DNA of 64,000 nucleotides from Alphaproteobacteria bacterium (GTDB lineage: Bacteria > Pseudomonadota > Alphaproteobacteria > Micropepsales > Micropepsaceae), in assembly GCA_017308375.1 (NCBI GenBank), contig JAFKEW010000008.1:2665-66664 (forward strand), in the 5' to 3' direction. Positions 20,126 to 30,185 of the stretch are shown piece by piece. The position numbers and the translations under genes were made by a program. Below the pieces are notes generated by a model. That model was not told the origin of the DNA, made no database searches, and saw only the letters and a list, made by a program, of their open reading frames with translations. Position 1 is the first letter of the stretch; every line of letters starts with the position of its first letter.

Positions 20126-21523
20126 ATGGCAGATGCTTTTGATGTTCTGGTGATCGGTTCGGGGCCTGCGGGTTATGTCTGTGCCATCCGCGCGGCCCAA
20201 TTGGGCCAGAAAGTGGCGATTGTCGAACGCGAACGCCTCGGCGGCATCTGTCTCAATTGGGGCTGCATCCCGACCAAGGCGCTGCTGCGATCCTCCGAAA
20301 TCTGGCATCTGATGCAACGGCTGAATGAATTCGGTTTCAGCGCGGAAAATTTCAAGTTCGATCTGCCGAAAATCGTCGACCGCTCGCGGAAAGTGGCGCA
20401 GCAGCTTTCCAATGGCGTCGCCTTCCTGATGAAGAAGCACAAGATTCAGGTGATCGAGGGGGTGGCGAAACTTGCCGGCAAGGGCATGGTTGCGGTTACC
20501 AAAGACGGCAAGGCGACGGAATATTCGGCAAAGAACATTGTGCTTGCCACCGGCGCGCGGGCCCGTTCCCTGCCGGGGCTGGAGCCGGATGGGAAGCAGA
20601 TCTGGACCTATCGCGAAGCCCTGGTGCCCGACACGTTTCCGAAATCGCTTCTGGTGGTGGGATCGGGTGCCATCGGCATCGAATTCGCCAGCTTCTTCCA
20701 TACACTTGGCAGCAAGGTCACCGTGGTGGAGGTGCTGGATCGCGTCCTGCCGGTGGAGGATGAGGAGATTTCCAGCCTCGCCGCCAAGGCCTTCGCCAAA
20801 CAGGGCATGACGATCAAAACCGCGACCACGGTCGAAAAGCTCGAAAAGACCAATGGCAGCGTCACCGCCATACTCAAAACCAAGGACGGTAAAACCGAAA
20901 CACTGACGGTGGATCGGGTTATTTCCGCGGTCGGCATCGTCGGCAATGTGGAAAATCTCGGCCTCGAACAGGCGGGCGTGAAAGTTGAAAAATCCCATGT
21001 CGTGATCGACCAATGGGGCGCCACCGGCGTGCCTGGAATTTGGGCCATCGGCGATCTGGCCGGCCCGCCATGGCTGGCGCACAAGGGCATGCACGAAGGC
21101 GTCATTGTGGCCGAACGTATCGCGGGCGTGAAAGGTACGCATCCGCTCGACACATCGAAAATTCCCGGCTGCACCTATTGCTGGCCGCAAGTGGCCAGCG
21201 TCGGCATGACGGAGGTCAAGGCGAAGGCGGCCGGGCGCAAGATCAAGGTCGGCCGCTTCCCCTTCATCGGCAACGGCAAGGCGATTGCGCTCGGCGAACC
21301 GGAAGGTCTGGTCAAAACCGTGTTCGATGCGGAAACGGGTGAACTATTGGGCGCGCACATGATTGGCGCGGAAGTGACCGAACTGATCCACGGTTACACC
21401 ATCGCCCGCACGCTGGAGGCGACGGAGGCGGAGCTTGCCGCAACCGTCTTCCCGCATCCCACATTGTCCGAAATGCTGCACGAAGCCGTGCTCGCGGCGG
21501 ATGGCGCCGCGCTTCACGTCTGA
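20126..21523 (+). CDS. lpdA: dihydrolipoyl dehydrogenase (E3)
   Basis: VLVIGSGPAGY FAD motif, redox-active GGICLNWGCIPTK, and C-terminal HPTLSE interface motif. Confidence 0.95.
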   Translation: MADAFDVLVIGSGPAGYVCAIRAAQLGQKVAIVERERLGGICLNWGCIPTKALLRSSEIWHLMQRLNEFGFSAENFKFDLPKIVDRSRKVAQQLSNGVAFLMKKHKIQVIEGVAKLAGKGMVAVTKDGKATEYSAKNIVLATGARARSLPGLEPDGKQIWTYREALVPDTFPKSLLVVGSGAIGIEFASFFHTLGSKVTVVEVLDRVLPVEDEEISSLAAKAFAKQGMTIKTATTVEKLEKTNGSVTAILKTKDGKTETLTVDRVISAVGIVGNVENLGLEQAGVKVEKSHVVIDQWGATGVPGIWAIGDLAGPPWLAHKGMHEGVIVAERIAGVKGTHPLDTSKIPGCTYCWPQVASVGMTEVKAKAAGRKIKVGRFPFIGNGKAIALGEPEGLVKTVFDAETGELLGAHMIGAEVTELIHGYTIARTLEATEAELAATVFPHPTLSEMLHEAVLAADGAALHV

Positions 21524-22123
21524 TTATTCCGCCAGCAGGCGGTTCAGGTCGGATGCGACGCCCTTGGTATTGTCCGTGTTCATGGTGACGAGGCGCACGC
21601 GCCCGGTGCGGTCGAACATGAACACGCCGTTGGAGTGGTAGACGGTGTAGGGCTTGTCGTCGTGCGGCGGTATCACGTTGTAGGCCACGCGATAACGCCG
21701 CGCCATGATTGCAAGCTGATTGGGCGTGCCGCGCAAACCGTCGATCTGCGGTGCGAAGGCCGCGACATAGGATTTCAGGATTGCTGGCGTGTCGCGGTTC
21801 GGGTCCACCGTCACGAACAGCACGCGAATGTCATTCGCTTTGCGTTTGCCCAGATCTTCCAGGATCAGATTGATATTGGAGAGTGTGGTCGGGCACACAT
21901 CGGGGCAGTGGGTATAACCGAAATAAAGCAGCACCACCTTGCCGCGGTAATCTTTTCCGGTGACCGGCTTGCCGTCATTGACGCGTGTCATCTGGAATTG
22001 AAGCGCCGGCATCGCACCGTCGATGTTGGTGCTGTGCCATGGGGCATGCCCGTTGCCGCATCCGGCCAGAAACAGGGCCGAGAGAGCCAACGCCGCTGCG
22101 CGCGCGATCCACGCATGTTTCAT
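21524..22123 (-). CDS. SCO family (SenC/PrrC) copper chaperone lipoprotein
   Basis: Lipobox LFLAGC and thioredoxin-fold copper motif CPDVCPTT. The start was set at the ATG at 22123 (MKHAWIARAAALAL). Confidence 0.85.
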   Translation of the reverse strand: MKHAWIARAAALALSALFLAGCGNGHAPWHSTNIDGAMPALQFQMTRVNDGKPVTGKDYRGKVVLLYFGYTHCPDVCPTTLSNINLILEDLGKRKANDIRVLFVTVDPNRDTPAILKSYVAAFAPQIDGLRGTPNQLAIMARRYRVAYNVIPPHDDKPYTVYHSNGVFMFDRTGRVRLVTMNTDNTKGVASDLNRLLAE

Positions 22124-22259
22124 GCTTGCTCGCATAGCATTTGCCGGATTCTTCCCGGCTGTGACCAATCGCCCCGCTCGCGCTGCTGCCTCAGAATTTC
22201 CATGGCCGAAGTCTTATAATGCCGCCATGTCCTCCATGGTTGAACGGAAAGGCGAAGCG

Positions 22260-22694
22260 ATGCGCAAATTCTGGCTTGCCGGTGCGGTCATGACTGCAAT
22301 GTTCGCCGCTGGCCCTGCCGTCGCCGGTACGCTTCAGGTTCAGGATGGCTGGTTTCGCGCACTGCCGGCACATCTTCCGGCCGGCGGTTATTTCTCGCTG
22401 CACAACGGCACGGCGAAGTCCGTCACTCTGACGGGCGTATCCTCGCCTGCCTGCGGCATGCTGATGCTGCATGAAAGCCGCAATGAAGGTGGGCGCAGCA
22501 CGATGGAACACGTCGGGAGCATTGCCGTCGCGCCGGGCGACACGCTGAAGTTCACGCCGGGCGCCTATCACCTGATGTGCATGGATCCGAAACCGGCCAT
22601 GAAACCGGGCGCAACCGTTCCGGTCACGTTTGAATTTTCCGGCGGCGCCACGCTCAAGGCCGACTTCGCGGTGAAGAACGCGAAGGGGCAATAG
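22260..22694 (+). CDS. periplasmic copper chaperone PCu(A)C (DUF461)
   Basis: Signal peptide, then a H(M)x10Mx21HxM-like pattern (MLMLHES...TMEHV...YHLMCMD). It is divergent from the SCO gene. The start was moved to the ATG at 22260. Confidence 0.8.
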   Translation: MRKFWLAGAVMTAMFAAGPAVAGTLQVQDGWFRALPAHLPAGGYFSLHNGTAKSVTLTGVSSPACGMLMLHESRNEGGRSTMEHVGSIAVAPGDTLKFTPGAYHLMCMDPKPAMKPGATVPVTFEFSGGATLKADFAVKNAKGQ

Positions 22695-22710
22695 GCGCGA
22701 GCCCCAACCG

Positions 22711-24501
22711 TCAATATCCGATCGCCTGGCCGTCCTTGCGCATTTCCGATGCGCCCCAGTAAACGTGGTTCTTTGCATCCCACATGATGGCCTGATAGCC
22801 GCCGAACCCGCCGGTGCCGGGCACGATCTTGTAGCCGCGTTTTTCCAGTTCCTTTTTGACCTCGGGCGCAAAGCCGCTTTCCATCTCCACGGTCCCGATA
22901 CCCTGGCTCGGTTCGCCGGTCGGCTCTGCATTGCCGAAATGGCGCCAGCGCGCGGCGTCGCCCGCTTCCTGCACGTTCATGCCGAAATCGATGATGTCGG
23001 TCAGAACCTGCACATGGCCTTGCGGCTGCATATCGCCGCCCATCAGGCCGAAGGATAGGAACGGCTTTCCATCCTTCATCACAAAGGCGGGGATGATGGT
23101 CTGGAACGGCCGTTTGCCCGGCGCATAAACATTGGCATCCTTCGGGTTCAGCGAATAAAGCTCGCCGCGATCCTGAAACATGAAGCCGAGCCCATCCGCC
23201 ACCAGTCCTGATCCCATGCCGCGATAGTTGGACTGGATCAGGCTGACCATCATGCCGTCCTTGTCCGCCGTGGTCAGGTAGATCGTGTCGCCATCATGCA
23301 GTTTCGGCTCCCCCGGCCCTATAGCCGGGTTGGCATGATCCAGATGGATCAACTTTCGCCGTGCGTCGGCATAGCGATCTGAAATCAGTGCCTTCATGGG
23401 CACCTTCACAAAGGTCGGATCGGCATAGAATTTCGCCAGATCTTCATAGGCCAGCCGCTTCGCCTCCAGCATCGCGGTCAGCGTGTCGGCAGAACCGGTG
23501 CCCATTTTCTTCAGGTCGTAATGCTTCAGGATCTGAAGCATCTCCAGCACCGCGCCGCCCTGGCCGTTGGGCGGCAGTTCATAAACATCGTAGCCGCGAT
23601 AATTCACGCTCAGCGGTGTCACCCATTCGCCATGATGATTTGCGAAATCGGCATAACGCAGATCGCCGCCGATGCGCTTGAAATAGGCGTCCATCGTGTG
23701 CGCGATCTGGCCCTTGTAGAAGGCGTCGCGTCCACCCTTGGCGATAATCGAAAGCGTGTGCGCCAGATCGGGGTTCTTGAATATCTCGCCTTGTGCCGGC
23801 GTGTGCCCGCCATGGTCGTCGGGGATCAGATAGGTGTGCCGCGCATTGTCCAGTTCTTCGATCAGCCCCTTGTTCTTCTCGAAGGCGGCCATGTTGCCTT
23901 TCCAGTAGAGCGCAATCAGCTCCGTCACCGGAAAACCGTTGTTGGCGTAATCGATCGCGGGCTGCAGAACCTCGCTCATCGGCAGCCTGCCGAATTTCTG
24001 GTGCAGCGCGAACCACGCATCCACCGTGCCCGGCACCGTCACCGGCAGCGATCCCACCGGCGGAATGTGATCCTTCACCGGCATTCCGGCTTTTTCGTAG
24101 GCCGCTTTCACTTCGGCTTTCATGCGGGCAAGGTCGCGCCCCGCCGCCGCCCGGCCGGAGCCGTTATAGCCGTACAGTTTCCCCGTCTTCGGATCGTAGA
24201 CGATGGCGAACAGGTCGCCGCCAATGCCGTTCAACACCGGCTGCATCAACCCGATGGCCGCGTTGGCCGCAATGGCGGCATCCACCGCACTGCCGCCTTT
24301 CTTTAGAATGCTGATGGCAATTTCGGATGCCAGCGGCTGCTCCGTTGCCGCCATGCCGTGCTGCGCCAGAACGGGAGAGCGTGTGGCCCATGTCGCGCCC
24401 GCATAACGGTCCCCCCGGCTCACCTGCCCATAGCTCTGCTGGGCGAGAAACCCCATTGCCATGATGATAACCGCCCCCGCGATGCCCCCCTTAAATCTCA
24501 T
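22711..24501 (-). CDS. ggt: gamma-glutamyltransferase
   Basis: 596 aa. GDTIYLTTADKDGMMVS carries the autoprocessing Thr region. GLMGGDMQPQG is also present. The start overlaps the msrA stop. Confidence 0.93.
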   Translation of the reverse strand: MRFKGGIAGAVIIMAMGFLAQQSYGQVSRGDRYAGATWATRSPVLAQHGMAATEQPLASEIAISILKKGGSAVDAAIAANAAIGLMQPVLNGIGGDLFAIVYDPKTGKLYGYNGSGRAAAGRDLARMKAEVKAAYEKAGMPVKDHIPPVGSLPVTVPGTVDAWFALHQKFGRLPMSEVLQPAIDYANNGFPVTELIALYWKGNMAAFEKNKGLIEELDNARHTYLIPDDHGGHTPAQGEIFKNPDLAHTLSIIAKGGRDAFYKGQIAHTMDAYFKRIGGDLRYADFANHHGEWVTPLSVNYRGYDVYELPPNGQGGAVLEMLQILKHYDLKKMGTGSADTLTAMLEAKRLAYEDLAKFYADPTFVKVPMKALISDRYADARRKLIHLDHANPAIGPGEPKLHDGDTIYLTTADKDGMMVSLIQSNYRGMGSGLVADGLGFMFQDRGELYSLNPKDANVYAPGKRPFQTIIPAFVMKDGKPFLSFGLMGGDMQPQGHVQVLTDIIDFGMNVQEAGDAARWRHFGNAEPTGEPSQGIGTVEMESGFAPEVKKELEKRGYKIVPGTGGFGGYQAIMWDAKNHVYWGASEMRKDGQAIGY

Positions 24502-24992
24502 TGCCCTTCCAGTTCCCGATAGGTGACGTGGCAGGACGGCCGGTTGTTCTTTTCCAGAAACCGCTGGTGATAATCTTCTGCGGGCCAGAACGGTCTCGCG
24601 TCTTCCACGCTTGTCACCACCGGCCTCGGGAAGGCGTGGGCCGCATTCAGCGCATCCTTCCTTTCCTGCGCGATGCGTTTTTGTTCGGGGGAATGGGTAA
24701 AGATCACACTGCGATATTGCGTGCCGAAATCCGGGCCCTGCCGGTTCAGTTGCGTCGGATCGTGCATCTTGAAGAACAGATCGACCAGCCGCTCATAACC
24801 CACCTTGGCCGGGTCGAACGTCACTTCCACGACTTCAGCGTGGCCGGTCGTATCGGTGCAGACCTGGCGATAGGTGGGGTTTTCCACATGGCCCCCGGCA
24901 TAGCCCGAAACCGCGTCGCTCACGCCGGGCACTTCGCGAAAGAAATGCTCGACACCCCAGAAACACCCCGCGCCGAATGTGGCTTTTTCCAT
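24498..24992 (-). CDS. msrA: peptide-methionine (S)-S-oxide reductase
   Basis: ATFGAGCFWGVE active-site motif, plus GHAEVVEVTFDP and DYHQ. Confidence 0.93.
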   Translation of the reverse strand: MEKATFGAGCFWGVEHFFREVPGVSDAVSGYAGGHVENPTYRQVCTDTTGHAEVVEVTFDPAKVGYERLVDLFFKMHDPTQLNRQGPDFGTQYRSVIFTHSPEQKRIAQERKDALNAAHAFPRPVVTSVEDARPFWPAEDYHQRFLEKNNRPSCHVTYRELEGQ

Positions 24993-25091
24993 GTCCGTTT
25001 CTCCTTGCTGGCCGAACTATAGGTCCTCAGCGGCAAGGGGTCACTGATCCAGTGTTTGACGCTGCCGGGCCTTAAGCATTACTTCCGGTCC

Positions 25092-26180
25092 ATGAACGTC
25101 GTCATCATTGGTGCGGGTGCGGCCGGCCTCGGCATCGGCTGGCAATTGGCCCGTCAGGGCGCCACCGTCACGGTGCTGGAGCGGGCACAATATGCCCATG
25201 GTGCCATCTGGGCCGCAGCCGGAATGATCGCCCCGGTGGGGGAGGGGATGGAGGGTCCGCTCGCCCAATTCGGTCAACAGTCCAGTCGGTTGTGGCCGGA
25301 TTTTGCGGCCACGCTTGAAGCGCAATCCGGTGTCTCCATCGGCTATGCACGCAAAGGTGCGCTTCTGGTCGCCGCTGACGGAGACGAAGCCGCCCACCTC
25401 GCCCGGCGTGCCGAGCAGGAGGAGGATCTTCAACTCCTCAACGCCTCGCAGGCGGTGGAGCGCGAGCCATTGCTCACCCCGCTGATCGCGGGCGCCGCCT
25501 TTGCGCAGGATGAGGCACAGGTCGATACTCGTGCGCTCGGTCATGCACTGGCGCGGGCCCTGATCGCGGCGGGCGGCACCATCATCCAGAACGAGGCGGT
25601 GGTGCGGATAGAGGTTTCGTCCGGCCGTGCCGTTGCGGCGCGCACGCCGTTCCGGCTCCACGAAGCCGATGCCTTCGTCATCGCCGCCGGCGCGTGGAGC
25701 AGTGGGATCGATGGTCTACCACCCGGAACTGTGCCGCAGATCAAGCCGATCAAGGGCGAGATCATTGCCTATGCCGTGCCTTCTGATGCCGCCACTTTGC
25801 GCGAAGTCGTCTGGGGCAAGGGTGTTTATCTCGTGCCGCGCGGGCGGCGCGTTCTGGCGGGCGCCAGCGTGGCCGATGTCGGCTTCGATACGTCGCTCAC
25901 CAAAACCGTGCGTGCATTCCTGGAGGAACGTGCAACCGCGCTGATCCCCGCGCTCGCGCAATGGCGGGTTGATGAACATTGGGCAGGCCTGCGCCCCGCC
26001 TCGCCGGATGGCCTGCCGGTCCTCGGCCGCTCTCAGGTGGATGGTCTGTTCGTCGCCAGCGGCCAATATCGCAACGGCATTCTGTTCACGCCTGTGCTTG
26101 CGGATGTGATGGCGCGCACGGTGATGACGGGCGCGCTGCCGCCGGAGCACGCCGCGTTCGACATCCGCCGTTTTGCATGA
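25092..26180 (+). CDS. FAD-dependent oxidoreductase, glycine oxidase (ThiO)-like
   Basis: VVIIGAGAAGLGIGWQLARQGATVTVLER dinucleotide fold, AAAGMIAP, and GLRPASPDGLPVLG. No thiS/thiG neighbours, so a thiamine role is unproven. Confidence 0.8.
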   Translation: MNVVIIGAGAAGLGIGWQLARQGATVTVLERAQYAHGAIWAAAGMIAPVGEGMEGPLAQFGQQSSRLWPDFAATLEAQSGVSIGYARKGALLVAADGDEAAHLARRAEQEEDLQLLNASQAVEREPLLTPLIAGAAFAQDEAQVDTRALGHALARALIAAGGTIIQNEAVVRIEVSSGRAVAARTPFRLHEADAFVIAAGAWSSGIDGLPPGTVPQIKPIKGEIIAYAVPSDAATLREVVWGKGVYLVPRGRRVLAGASVADVGFDTSLTKTVRAFLEERATALIPALAQWRVDEHWAGLRPASPDGLPVLGRSQVDGLFVASGQYRNGILFTPVLADVMARTVMTGALPPEHAAFDIRRFA

Positions 26181-26584
26181 CGCACGATTTCGAACTCGAT
26201 CCGCGCCTTGCCGCCGATACGGTGGCGGTCGCCGATTGGCCGCTGTCGCGTCTGTTGCTGATGAACGATGCACGTTTCCCATGGCTCGTTCTGGTGCCAC
26301 GCCGCGCGGGCCTCAGCGAATTACATGGTCTCTCCGCCGAAGACCGCCCGGTCCTGTTCGCAGAAGTGCTGAAAGCCGGTGCGGGCCTGAAGGCAGCGAC
26401 CGGTGCCGCCAAAATCAATACCGGCGCGCTCGGCAATCTGGTGCCGCAACTCCACATCCACGTCGTGGCCCGCAATCCGGGCGATACGGCCTGGCCCGGC
26501 CCGGTATGGGGGCAGGGCGCGGCAAAGCCCTACGGCGCAGCGGCGCTGGAAGCCCTTCTCAACACCCTTCGCGCCGCCCTCTGA
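26177..26584 (+). CDS. HIT family protein
   Basis: FPWLVLVPRR...VPQLHIHVVAR is the histidine-triad HxHxH-type motif. The ATG overlaps the upstream stop. Confidence 0.8.
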   Translation: MTHDFELDPRLAADTVAVADWPLSRLLLMNDARFPWLVLVPRRAGLSELHGLSAEDRPVLFAEVLKAGAGLKAATGAAKINTGALGNLVPQLHIHVVARNPGDTAWPGPVWGQGAAKPYGAAALEALLNTLRAAL

Positions 26585-26651
26585 ACCTGGCCCCCACTTG
26601 GCACGGGGGTTGCTTTGTCTATGGGCAGGAGAACCCTACGGGATCGCGAGG

Positions 26652-27572
26652 ATGTTGGCAGAAGCCACGCAAGCCACCGCAAACGCCAGAGCGCAGGTCG
26701 TCGCCGCCGTGCAGAACGCGGCGGCCAGAACGGGTGCGGATTTCGATTATCTGCTGGGCACCGCCATGCGGGAGTCCGGCCTGAAACCGCAAGCAAAATC
26801 AGGTACTTCCAGTGCCTCAGGCCTCTACCAGTTTGTGGAGCAGACCTGGCTTGGCCTGGTCAAGAAATATGGCGCCGAATACGGCCTCGGCGCTGCCGCA
26901 AACGCCATCAGCCAGGGCCGTGATGGCCGTTACCGGGCGGATAGCCAATCTGACCGGCAGGCAATTCTTGCCCTGCGCAATGATCCCAAAGCCGCTTCTC
27001 TGATGGCAGGGAAATATGCGCAGGAAACCCGCGCCACGCTGGAAAATACCCTTGGCCGTCCGGTCTGCGACGGGGAGCTTTATGCTGCCCATTTCCTGGG
27101 GGCCGATGGCGCCTGCAAGCTGATCCAGCTTCGCGATGCCAACCCGGCCGCCTCCGCCGCTGGCGCGTTCCCGCAAGCCGCCGGTGCCAATCGCAGCGTG
27201 TTCTACAACGCGGACGGTTCCGCCAAATCGGTGTCGCAGGTCTATGCCTGGGCCACGCGGCAATCGCCGACCGCCAACCCGGCCGAACTGGCCGCGACCC
27301 GCCGCCTCAATCTGCGCCAGAGCCTTGATGGCCGTGACGCCGCGCCGGTGAGTGTTTCCGCCCTTGCCCCGGTTTCGGCCCCCGCCTCTGTGACGGGCGG
27401 TACTGACAACACCACACTCGCCGCCACCATGCTGTCGGCCAGTGCGCCGCTTCCGTCGCCGCTGCTCTCGCTCGGCCGCACGTCGCTTTCGCTGACGCCG
27501 GGTGTCGTCGCGGTGCTGAGCGGGCTTGGCGATCCGCGTGACGATGAGGAAGAGGCACGCAAGGCCGCCTGA
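26652..27572 (+). CDS. lytic transglycosylase (SLT) domain protein with a low-complexity Ala/Ser/Pro tail
   Basis: GTAMRESGL (catalytic Glu), SSASGLYQFVEQTW and ELYAAHFLG are present. The start was set at the ATG at 26652. Confidence 0.7.
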   Translation: MLAEATQATANARAQVVAAVQNAAARTGADFDYLLGTAMRESGLKPQAKSGTSSASGLYQFVEQTWLGLVKKYGAEYGLGAAANAISQGRDGRYRADSQSDRQAILALRNDPKAASLMAGKYAQETRATLENTLGRPVCDGELYAAHFLGADGACKLIQLRDANPAASAAGAFPQAAGANRSVFYNADGSAKSVSQVYAWATRQSPTANPAELAATRRLNLRQSLDGRDAAPVSVSALAPVSAPASVTGGTDNTTLAATMLSASAPLPSPLLSLGRTSLSLTPGVVAVLSGLGDPRDDEEEARKAA

Positions 27573-27653
27573 CCGCCTCCGCTTTTTTATCTCGTTGCGC
27601 GGGGCGGCGTTGCTGCCGCATAAGGCCTCTCCTTCGGGGAGGGTGAGCCCAAC

Positions 27654-28781
27654 ATGCGTCTGGCGTTGGCGGCTGTCTGGGCTGTGATCCTGGCTGGCGG
27701 AATCACGCAAACGGCCAATGGCCTGCAGACCGATGTGCTGGGCGTGCGCGCCAGCATCGAAGCCTTTCCCGCCTGGATGCTCGGCATCATCATGGCGAGC
27801 TATTATGTCGGCTATTCCGCCGGGCCGCTTGCCAGCCGCGGTATCATCGCCCGCTTTGGTCACGTTCTTTCCATCGTCATTGCGCTGGTGCTGGCCGCGG
27901 CTGTTATCGTGCTGCATGGCCTTCTGGTCGCGCCGGTGCCATGGGCGTTGTTGCGCGTGATCGACGGGCTTGCGCTGTCCATTGTCTATGTCGCGATCGA
28001 AAGCTGGATCAACGACCGGGTGGAGAACCGGGTGCGTGGCCGCATCTTCAGCCTCTACATGGTGGCGCAGATGGCGGGCATGACGGTGGCGCAGATCCTG
28101 TTCAGCATGGGCAATCCCAAAACGCTGTCGCTGTTCGCACTGTCGGCGGCGATCTTTGTCGCCGGTGCCATTCCGGCTTTCGCTGTGCGCAGCAAGGCGC
28201 CTGCGATGGCGCCGCCGGTTCCGTTCCGGCTACCGCAATTGTTTCGTGTTTCACCGCTCGGTGCGCTGACCACGATTCTCGCTGGCGTGTCGTGGAGCGT
28301 CGTGTTCACCTTTGGCCCGGTCTACGCCCAGAAAAGCGGCTTCTCGCTTTCCGGTGTCAGCCTGTTCATGGGCCTTGCCATGGTTGGTGGCGCAGTAATG
28401 CAATTTCCGCTCGGCTGGATTTCCGATTTGATCGGGCGCCGCGCCACCATCGGCTGGATGTCGGCTGGCGGCATCGCCGCATCCCTGTTCGGGTTGTGGA
28501 CCGATGGCTGGCCCGCGATCTTTCCCTTCGCGGCCGCGTTGCTGACGGGCGGGTTCATCTTTCCGCTCTATGGCCTTGCCGTTGCCCACACCAACGATCG
28601 CGTTGCGCCGGGCGCGCGCGTTGCTGCCGCGGCGGGCCTCGTTCTGCTGTTCGGTCTCGGCTCGATATTTGGCCCGCTGCTCACCGGCTGGGCGATCAGC
28701 GCCATGGGCGCGGGCGGCTATTTCGCCGTTTTGGCCGCAGTAATGGGATTGAGCGTGACGGCCACCGCCTTCCGCCGTTAA
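27654..28781 (+). CDS. MFS transporter
   Basis: 375 aa and multi-pass hydrophobic. The DRVENRVRGRIFS loop resembles MFS motif A. Confidence 0.8.
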   Translation: MRLALAAVWAVILAGGITQTANGLQTDVLGVRASIEAFPAWMLGIIMASYYVGYSAGPLASRGIIARFGHVLSIVIALVLAAAVIVLHGLLVAPVPWALLRVIDGLALSIVYVAIESWINDRVENRVRGRIFSLYMVAQMAGMTVAQILFSMGNPKTLSLFALSAAIFVAGAIPAFAVRSKAPAMAPPVPFRLPQLFRVSPLGALTTILAGVSWSVVFTFGPVYAQKSGFSLSGVSLFMGLAMVGGAVMQFPLGWISDLIGRRATIGWMSAGGIAASLFGLWTDGWPAIFPFAAALLTGGFIFPLYGLAVAHTNDRVAPGARVAAAAGLVLLFGLGSIFGPLLTGWAISAMGAGGYFAVLAAVMGLSVTATAFRR

Positions 28782-28810
28782 ACTTGGCAAAACGCTATTC
28801 GAGAGGAAAC

Positions 28811-29614
28811 ATGCCAGATCAATCCAAACAGGCGGGCAAGCCGCCGGTCGCCCCTGTTGCCGCCGCCACCATCCTGTTGCTGCGCGACAGTGCGAATGGC
28901 CCCGAAGTCTTCATGGTGAAGCGGCATCATCAGGTCGATTTCACCGCCGGCGCGCTCGTCTTTCCGGGCGGCAAGGTGGCACCAGGCGATTCACAGGCTG
29001 TGGTGAGCGATCTCACCGATGGCGCCGCGGACTGGCCGCAGGAGATGCGCACCCTTGGCGCCGCCGCGATCCGCGAGGCGTTTGAGGAATCGGGTATCCT
29101 GCTCGCGCATGAAGGGCAAACCGGGAAATTTGTCAGCCCACAGCGCCTCGCAGCGCTGCAGCATTATCGCAAGGGGCTCGATAGCCATGAAATCGCGCTG
29201 GCCGACGTGTTGCAGAAAGAGGGTTTGCGTCTCGCCTGCGATCAACTGGTGCGGTTCGCGCACTGGATCACGCCCGAAATGATGCCGAAGCGTTTCGACA
29301 CACACTTCTTCATCGCTCCCTCGCCGAAGGGGCATGTCGGCCATCATGATGGGCATGAAACGGTGGATTCGGTCTGGATCACACCGGATGCTGCCATCGC
29401 GGATCGCAAGCGCTGGACGGTGATTTTCCCCACCCGCCTCAATCTGCAGAAGCTCGCCGAATCGCCGACGGTCGAAAGCGCGATTGCGACGGCACGCGCC
29501 AATCCGCCGGTTACCGTTCTGCCGTGGACGGAGTCGGGCCCCGACGGCCCCGTTCTGCACATCCGGGAAGATGCGGGTTACAAACAGACCACCGCGTCCT
29601 TGCGCGAAGGCTGA
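28811..29614 (+). CDS. NUDIX hydrolase
   Basis: Nudix box: GGKVAPGD...LGAAAIREAFEESGILL. The start was set at the ATG at 28811 after GAGAGGAAA. Confidence 0.8.
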   Translation: MPDQSKQAGKPPVAPVAAATILLLRDSANGPEVFMVKRHHQVDFTAGALVFPGGKVAPGDSQAVVSDLTDGAADWPQEMRTLGAAAIREAFEESGILLAHEGQTGKFVSPQRLAALQHYRKGLDSHEIALADVLQKEGLRLACDQLVRFAHWITPEMMPKRFDTHFFIAPSPKGHVGHHDGHETVDSVWITPDAAIADRKRWTVIFPTRLNLQKLAESPTVESAIATARANPPVTVLPWTESGPDGPVLHIREDAGYKQTTASLREG

Positions 29615-29625
29615 TCTCCCTTTTT

Positions 29626-29673
29626 CTCCTCCCCTGCGAAGCGGGGGAGGTCGAATTGGGCGGCGCCCAATTC
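29626..29673. terminator. pair of GC-rich hairpins between convergent NUDIX and Hpt genes (bidirectional terminator / REP-like)
   Basis: ctcctcccc-tgcgaagc-gggggagg, followed by gaattgggc-ggc-gcccaattc (9-bp perfect stem, 29653-29673). Confidence 0.55.
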
Positions 29674-29682
29674 GGGAGGGGG

Positions 29683-30162
29683 CTACCCCAACTCACTGAC
29701 GCGCGCTTCCAGTTCCTGCGAAAGAACAGCCGCGGTACGGCTGGCGTTTCCCTTCACGTGATCGCGCAGGATGACGCGAATCGCATCGACATGGGCGTCG
29801 ATCAGTGCCGAGGGCAGGGCGTCTGCCGCAACCGTATCCAGCAGGCGGCAAAGCGAATCCGCCACACGCGCCACGAAGGGATAGCCAAACGTCGCGCCTT
29901 GTCCTTTCAGGTCGTGGCTGGCGCGGTAAAATGTATCCCGCGTGTCCTTGTCGGCGCTCGCGGCAAAAGCCGCGCGTGCGGTGTGCAGCTTTTCGACATC
30001 GGTGGCGACCCATTCGGCGAAATCGCCTTTCATCGCCTCGATCGCCTGTTCCGCCCGCGCCAGCGTGGCGGGGTCGATCCCGCCACCATTGCCGCCGCCA
30101 CCCACTTTCGCTTTCAGGACGTTCGGCGGCATGAAGATTTCGATTGGCTGTTTTCTGCTCAT
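29683..30162 (-). CDS. Hpt (histidine phosphotransfer) domain protein
   Basis: 159 aa and all-helical, with the phospho-His motif ASHDLKGQGATFGY. It lies 23 nt downstream of the response-regulator gene. Confidence 0.8.
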   Translation of the reverse strand: MSRKQPIEIFMPPNVLKAKVGGGGNGGGIDPATLARAEQAIEAMKGDFAEWVATDVEKLHTARAAFAASADKDTRDTFYRASHDLKGQGATFGYPFVARVADSLCRLLDTVAADALPSALIDAHVDAIRVILRDHVKGNASRTAAVLSQELEARVSELG

Positions 30163-30185
30163 GGCATTGCGCTTTCCGCCTTGCG

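Noticed and set aside
24993-25091. Possible TPP (THI-box) riboswitch upstream of the ThiO-like oxidase. The segment ...ggggtcactgatccagtg... vaguely recalls the ACCTGATCTGG core.
   Set aside because: The conserved CTGAGA element and the pairing partners are missing. The leader is under 100 nt. The gene is not followed by thiS/thiG.
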